DNA of 64,000 nucleotides from the NCBI GenBank assembly GCA_016212085.1, contig JACRHL010000011.1, forward strand, positions 64,161 to 128,160. Direction: 5' to 3'. Shown piece after piece: positions 60,735-64,000 of the stretch (position 1 is its first letter; each line of letters opens with the position of its first letter). The stretch comes from Nitrospirota bacterium (lineage in GTDB: Bacteria > Nitrospirota > JACRHL01). A program made the translations under genes and the position numbers. Below the pieces are notes generated by a model that saw nothing but the letters and a program-made list of their open reading frames with translations, had not been told where the DNA came from and did no database searches.

Positions 60735-61451
60735 ATGCTCAACACCAAAGAGATGATCCTGCTCGTCGCCGGCACCGCCGGTGGCGTGCTGAGCGGCATT
60801 CCGGTTCCCCAGTCCATCATCCAGGGTGCCAGCCTGGGCTTCCTGATCGCCCTGGGTATCATCCTTGGCCAGCGCGAGATCGACCGGCGCGGCCTCCACG
60901 GGCGCGGCGCCAAGGTGCGCGCCAAGTGGCTGACCCTCACCGGCGCCGCCTGGGGCGCGGTGATCGGGGCGCTCACCGCCGCAGGGCCGCTGGCCTTCGA
61001 GTACGGCGTGTACAGCCAGGCCTTCGGCTTCCACTACCCCCGCACCAACACCTTCGGGCAGACCATCCACGGCGTGCTGCCCGGCACCATCACGGGGATC
61101 TGCGTGGCGGTGGCCATGGGCCTCGCCTTCACCATGGTGAAGGAGGAGGAGAAGATGTGGTTCATGATCCCGTTCGCCATCCCCCTCGGCTGGTGGACCG
61201 GGGCCGAGTCGCTGGCGGTGGGCCAGTCGCTGGGGCACCTGAACTGGGACTACATGGGCCCCGCCCAGGTGCAGGGCATGCGCTTCGGCATCCCCTGGAT
61301 GGAGTGCATGATCATCTTCCGCTGGGCCTACCTGGCCGCCACCGGCGACCTGAGGCGCATGCGCGCCGCCATCAAGGCCGCGGACGACGCCAAGTGGGCG
61401 GCCGCCGAGTCCGCCCCGGCCGCCCAGGCCGGATCGTCCCGGTCTTCGTGA
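60735..61451 (+). CDS. hypothetical Gly-rich multi-pass membrane protein
   Basis: ATG 60735 after AGGTAGG; several hydrophobic Gly-rich segments; no family recognised. Confidence 0.7.
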   Translation: MLNTKEMILLVAGTAGGVLSGIPVPQSIIQGASLGFLIALGIILGQREIDRRGLHGRGAKVRAKWLTLTGAAWGAVIGALTAAGPLAFEYGVYSQAFGFHYPRTNTFGQTIHGVLPGTITGICVAVAMGLAFTMVKEEEKMWFMIPFAIPLGWWTGAESLAVGQSLGHLNWDYMGPAQVQGMRFGIPWMECMIIFRWAYLAATGDLRRMRAAIKAADDAKWAAAESAPAAQAGSSRSS

Positions 61452-61465
61452 CGGGGGGGGTGCCC

Positions 61466-62170
61466 ATGTACCGCCGTCTCGCGGCGCCGCTGCGCGCGCT
61501 GCTGGTGGGGGCCCTGTGCGCCTCCCTGTCCGTCGCCATCCTGGGCGCCGGAGGCTGCCGCGAGGAGACGCCGGCCATGAAGAAGGCCAACCTGGGGCGC
61601 GCCCTCACGGAACGCGGCGCGCTGGACAAGGCCATCGCCACCCTGAACGAGGCCGTCCGCCTGGACCCGGAGCTGGTCATGTCCTACGAGCTGCTGGGCC
61701 AGGCCTACGAGGCCGCCGGCCGCCATGCCGATGCCATCGGCGCCTACCGCGAGACCGTGCGGCGCGATCCGGTGCGCGACACGGCCTATGTGTCGCTGGG
61801 CTGCCTGCTGCTGTCCACCGGCGGCGGCACCGACGAGGCGGAGGCGGCGCTCGCCCGCGCCCTCGAGATCAACCAGACCAACGCCGGCGCCCACGCCTGC
61901 CTGGGGGCCGCCTATCTGGACCGGCGCGATTTCGCCCGCGCCATCGCCTCCAGCGAGACCGCCGTGTCGTTCAACCCGCAAAGCGTGCAGGCGCATCTCA
62001 ACCTGGGCATCGCGTATACTGAAACCGGCCAGTACGACAGGGCCCGCGCCGAGGTGGAAAAGGTCATCCGGTTCGCCGCCGGCAACGAGGCGGTGATCGG
62101 CCAGGCCAGGATGTTGCTGGAAACCCTCGACCACCCGGTGGTGGAAGGGGGGCCGGGCGGCCGCACTTAG
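61466..62170 (+). CDS. TPR-repeat protein, probable lipoprotein
   Basis: Signal peptide ending LGAGGC; repeated TPRs (AHACLGAAY, AHLNLGIAY). Confidence 0.85.
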   Translation: MYRRLAAPLRALLVGALCASLSVAILGAGGCREETPAMKKANLGRALTERGALDKAIATLNEAVRLDPELVMSYELLGQAYEAAGRHADAIGAYRETVRRDPVRDTAYVSLGCLLLSTGGGTDEAEAALARALEINQTNAGAHACLGAAYLDRRDFARAIASSETAVSFNPQSVQAHLNLGIAYTETGQYDRARAEVEKVIRFAAGNEAVIGQARMLLETLDHPVVEGGPGGRT

Positions 62171-62212
62171 GGCCCCTTCCCTTTGCGCCCGGCCGGTCCG
62201 GGTGTGGATCCC

Positions 62213-63715
62213 ATGAAGACCGAAATCGACGAGCTGCGGCGGTATTTGCAGACCATCACCGCCCTGGAGCAGGCGGCCTTCGTCCTCATGTGGGACCAGG
62301 CCACCTACATGCCGGCGGCGGGGGGGCACGCGCGCGGCGCGCAACTGGCAGCCATCAAGCAGGAGGCCCACCAGCGCGCCACGTCTCCGGCCCTGGGGCG
62401 GTTGCTCGACACGCTGGACGCCGCCCCCGGGCTGGACGCGGAGAACGCCGCCATGGTGCGCGTGGCCCGGCGCGACTACGAGATCCGCCGCCAAGTGCCC
62501 GCCGCCCTGGTGCGGCGCATCGCCCGCGCCCACGTGGCCAGCCACATGGCATGGGAGGCGGCGCGCGCCGCCAACGACTTCGCCGTGGCCACCAAGGCGC
62601 TGGAGAAGAACCTGGAACTGAGCCGGGCCTACGCCGCCTGCTTCCCCGGCGCCGCCCACGTGGCCGATCCGCTCATCGACATCTCCGATCCGGGCCAGAC
62701 GGTGGCCCAGGTGGGCCCCATGTTCGAGGGGCTGCGCAAGGAGCTGGTGCCCCTGGTGCGCGCCGTGCAGGCGGCGGACGCGCCGCGCGCGGTGCCGCGC
62801 GGCCGTTACCCGCAGGCGGACCAGATCGCCTTCAGCCGCCAGGTGGCCACGGCCATCGGTTACGACTTCGGGCGCGGCCGGCTGGATCTTTCGACCCACC
62901 CGTTCACCGTGGCCGTGTCCGCCGACGACGTGCGCATCACCACCCGCGTGCGCGAGGACGACTTTTCCGAATGCCTGTTCTCCACCGTGCACGAGGCCGG
63001 CCACGGCATCTATGAGCAGGGCATCGACCGGGCCTTTGCCGGCACGCCGGTGGCGGAGGGGGCGTCGGCGGGGCTGCACGAGTCCCAGTCGCGCCTGTGG
63101 GAGAACCTGGTGGCGCGCAGCCGCCCGTTCTGGGAGCATTTCTACCCGCGCTTGCAGGCCACGTTCCCGGAGCCCCTGGCGGGCCTGGAGCTGGACGGCT
63201 TCTTGCGGGCCATCAACCGGGTACGGCCGTCCCTCATCCGCACCGACGCGGACGAGGTGACCTACAACCTGCACGTGATGATGCGCTTCGACCTGGAGCT
63301 GGAGCTGTTGTCCGGCGCCCTGGCCGTGCGCGACCTGCCGGAAGCCTGGGTCGCTCGCATGGAGGCGGACCTGGGGGTGACACCACCGGACCACAACCTG
63401 GGGGCCTTGCAGGACCTGCACTGGTTCGACGGCCATGTGGGTGGCGCCTTCCAGGGCTACACCCTGGGCAACGTCTACAGCGCCCAACTGTTCGAGGCCG
63501 CCTGCCGCGCCCACCCGGACATCGTGCCCCACATGGCCCAGGGCCGGTTCGACACCCTGCGCGGCTGGCTGACGGCCAACGTCCACCGTTTCGGCCGGGC
63601 CAAGACCGCCGCCCAGGTCATCGCCGATGCCACCGGCGGCGCGCCGGACAGCGCCCCCTACGTGGCCTATCTGAAGCGCAAGTACGGCGCCATGTACGGC
63701 CTGCCGGTGGCGTGA
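62213..63715 (+). CDS. carboxypeptidase Taq family (peptidase M32)
   Basis: WDQATYMP, HPF, DVRITTR, HEAGH, HESQS, IRTDADE, GALQDLHW. Confidence 0.96.
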   Translation: MKTEIDELRRYLQTITALEQAAFVLMWDQATYMPAAGGHARGAQLAAIKQEAHQRATSPALGRLLDTLDAAPGLDAENAAMVRVARRDYEIRRQVPAALVRRIARAHVASHMAWEAARAANDFAVATKALEKNLELSRAYAACFPGAAHVADPLIDISDPGQTVAQVGPMFEGLRKELVPLVRAVQAADAPRAVPRGRYPQADQIAFSRQVATAIGYDFGRGRLDLSTHPFTVAVSADDVRITTRVREDDFSECLFSTVHEAGHGIYEQGIDRAFAGTPVAEGASAGLHESQSRLWENLVARSRPFWEHFYPRLQATFPEPLAGLELDGFLRAINRVRPSLIRTDADEVTYNLHVMMRFDLELELLSGALAVRDLPEAWVARMEADLGVTPPDHNLGALQDLHWFDGHVGGAFQGYTLGNVYSAQLFEAACRAHPDIVPHMAQGRFDTLRGWLTANVHRFGRAKTAAQVIADATGGAPDSAPYVAYLKRKYGAMYGLPVA

Positions 63716-63799
63716 TGCCACGGCGCTTGCCGCGTCCGCCCGGCAGCGGGCACAATCGAAACGTAATTACCAACCCGTGACCATGGGGAGTCCCGAATA

Positions 63800-64000
63800 T
63801 TGGACCGCAAGGCCAAGATCATCTGTACCATCGGCCCCGCCACCCACACCGAGGAGGCCATCGCCCAACTGATCGACGCGGGCATGGACGTGGCGCGCCT
63901 GAACTTTTCCCACGGCAGCCACCAGAGCCACCTGGAGGCCATGCGCCTAGTGCGCGCCGTGTCCGAGCGCAAGGGCAAAACGGTGGCCGTCCTTCAGGAC
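63800..64000 (+). CDS. pyk: pyruvate kinase (5' part; runs off the window)
   Basis: Not in the ORF track; TTG 63800 after GGGGAG gives MDRKAKIICTIGPAT...AGMDVARLNFSHG...VAVLQD. Confidence 0.93.
   Translation, partial: MDRKAKIICTIGPATHTEEAIAQLIDAGMDVARLNFSHGSHQSHLEAMRLVRAVSERKGKTVAVLQD

Overview
High-GC bacterial chromosomal window from a diderm (LPS-producing) organism; I saw no rRNA, tRNA, CRISPR array or transposase. Left to right: (1) a minus-strand nif cofactor-assembly operon (nifE-nifN-nifW-nifB-iscA-LRV FeS protein-nifS-nifT-DegT-like-SIR2-like) behind a sigma54 promoter. (2) A divergent sigma54 promoter leading into a redox region: a Cache/PDC-like + membrane protein, a SagB-type nitroreductase, a 2-subunit 2-oxoacid:ferredoxin oxidoreductase, a 7Fe ferredoxin, a Rieske ferredoxin, two paralogous di-iron (erythrin-like) domains, one fused to a membrane module, and fumC. 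(3) A GNAT/M20 pair, a collagen-like secreted protein, glycosyltransferases, mutM and a TMTC-like GT-C/TPR protein. (4) bamA-skp-lpxD-fabZ-lpxA-lpxB-msbA-waaA-lpxK followed by LPS glycosyl/methyltransferases. (5) An RND pair. (6) A reductive-TCA cluster with two-step citrate cleavage (ccsA-ccsB-icd-ccl-acn), then a TPR lipoprotein, M32 carboxypeptidase and the start of pyk. Two small MITE-like repeat families lie in intergenic gaps. The best candidate for an undescribed system is a conserved ~4-TM membrane module (AVFD-x6-EEEVL-x11-RKxLxxF-x10-EAL) present twice next to nif, fused once to a Cache-like domain (under a sigma54 promoter back-to-back with nifE) and once to a di-iron domain. All family calls are from motif recognition by eye; no searches were run.
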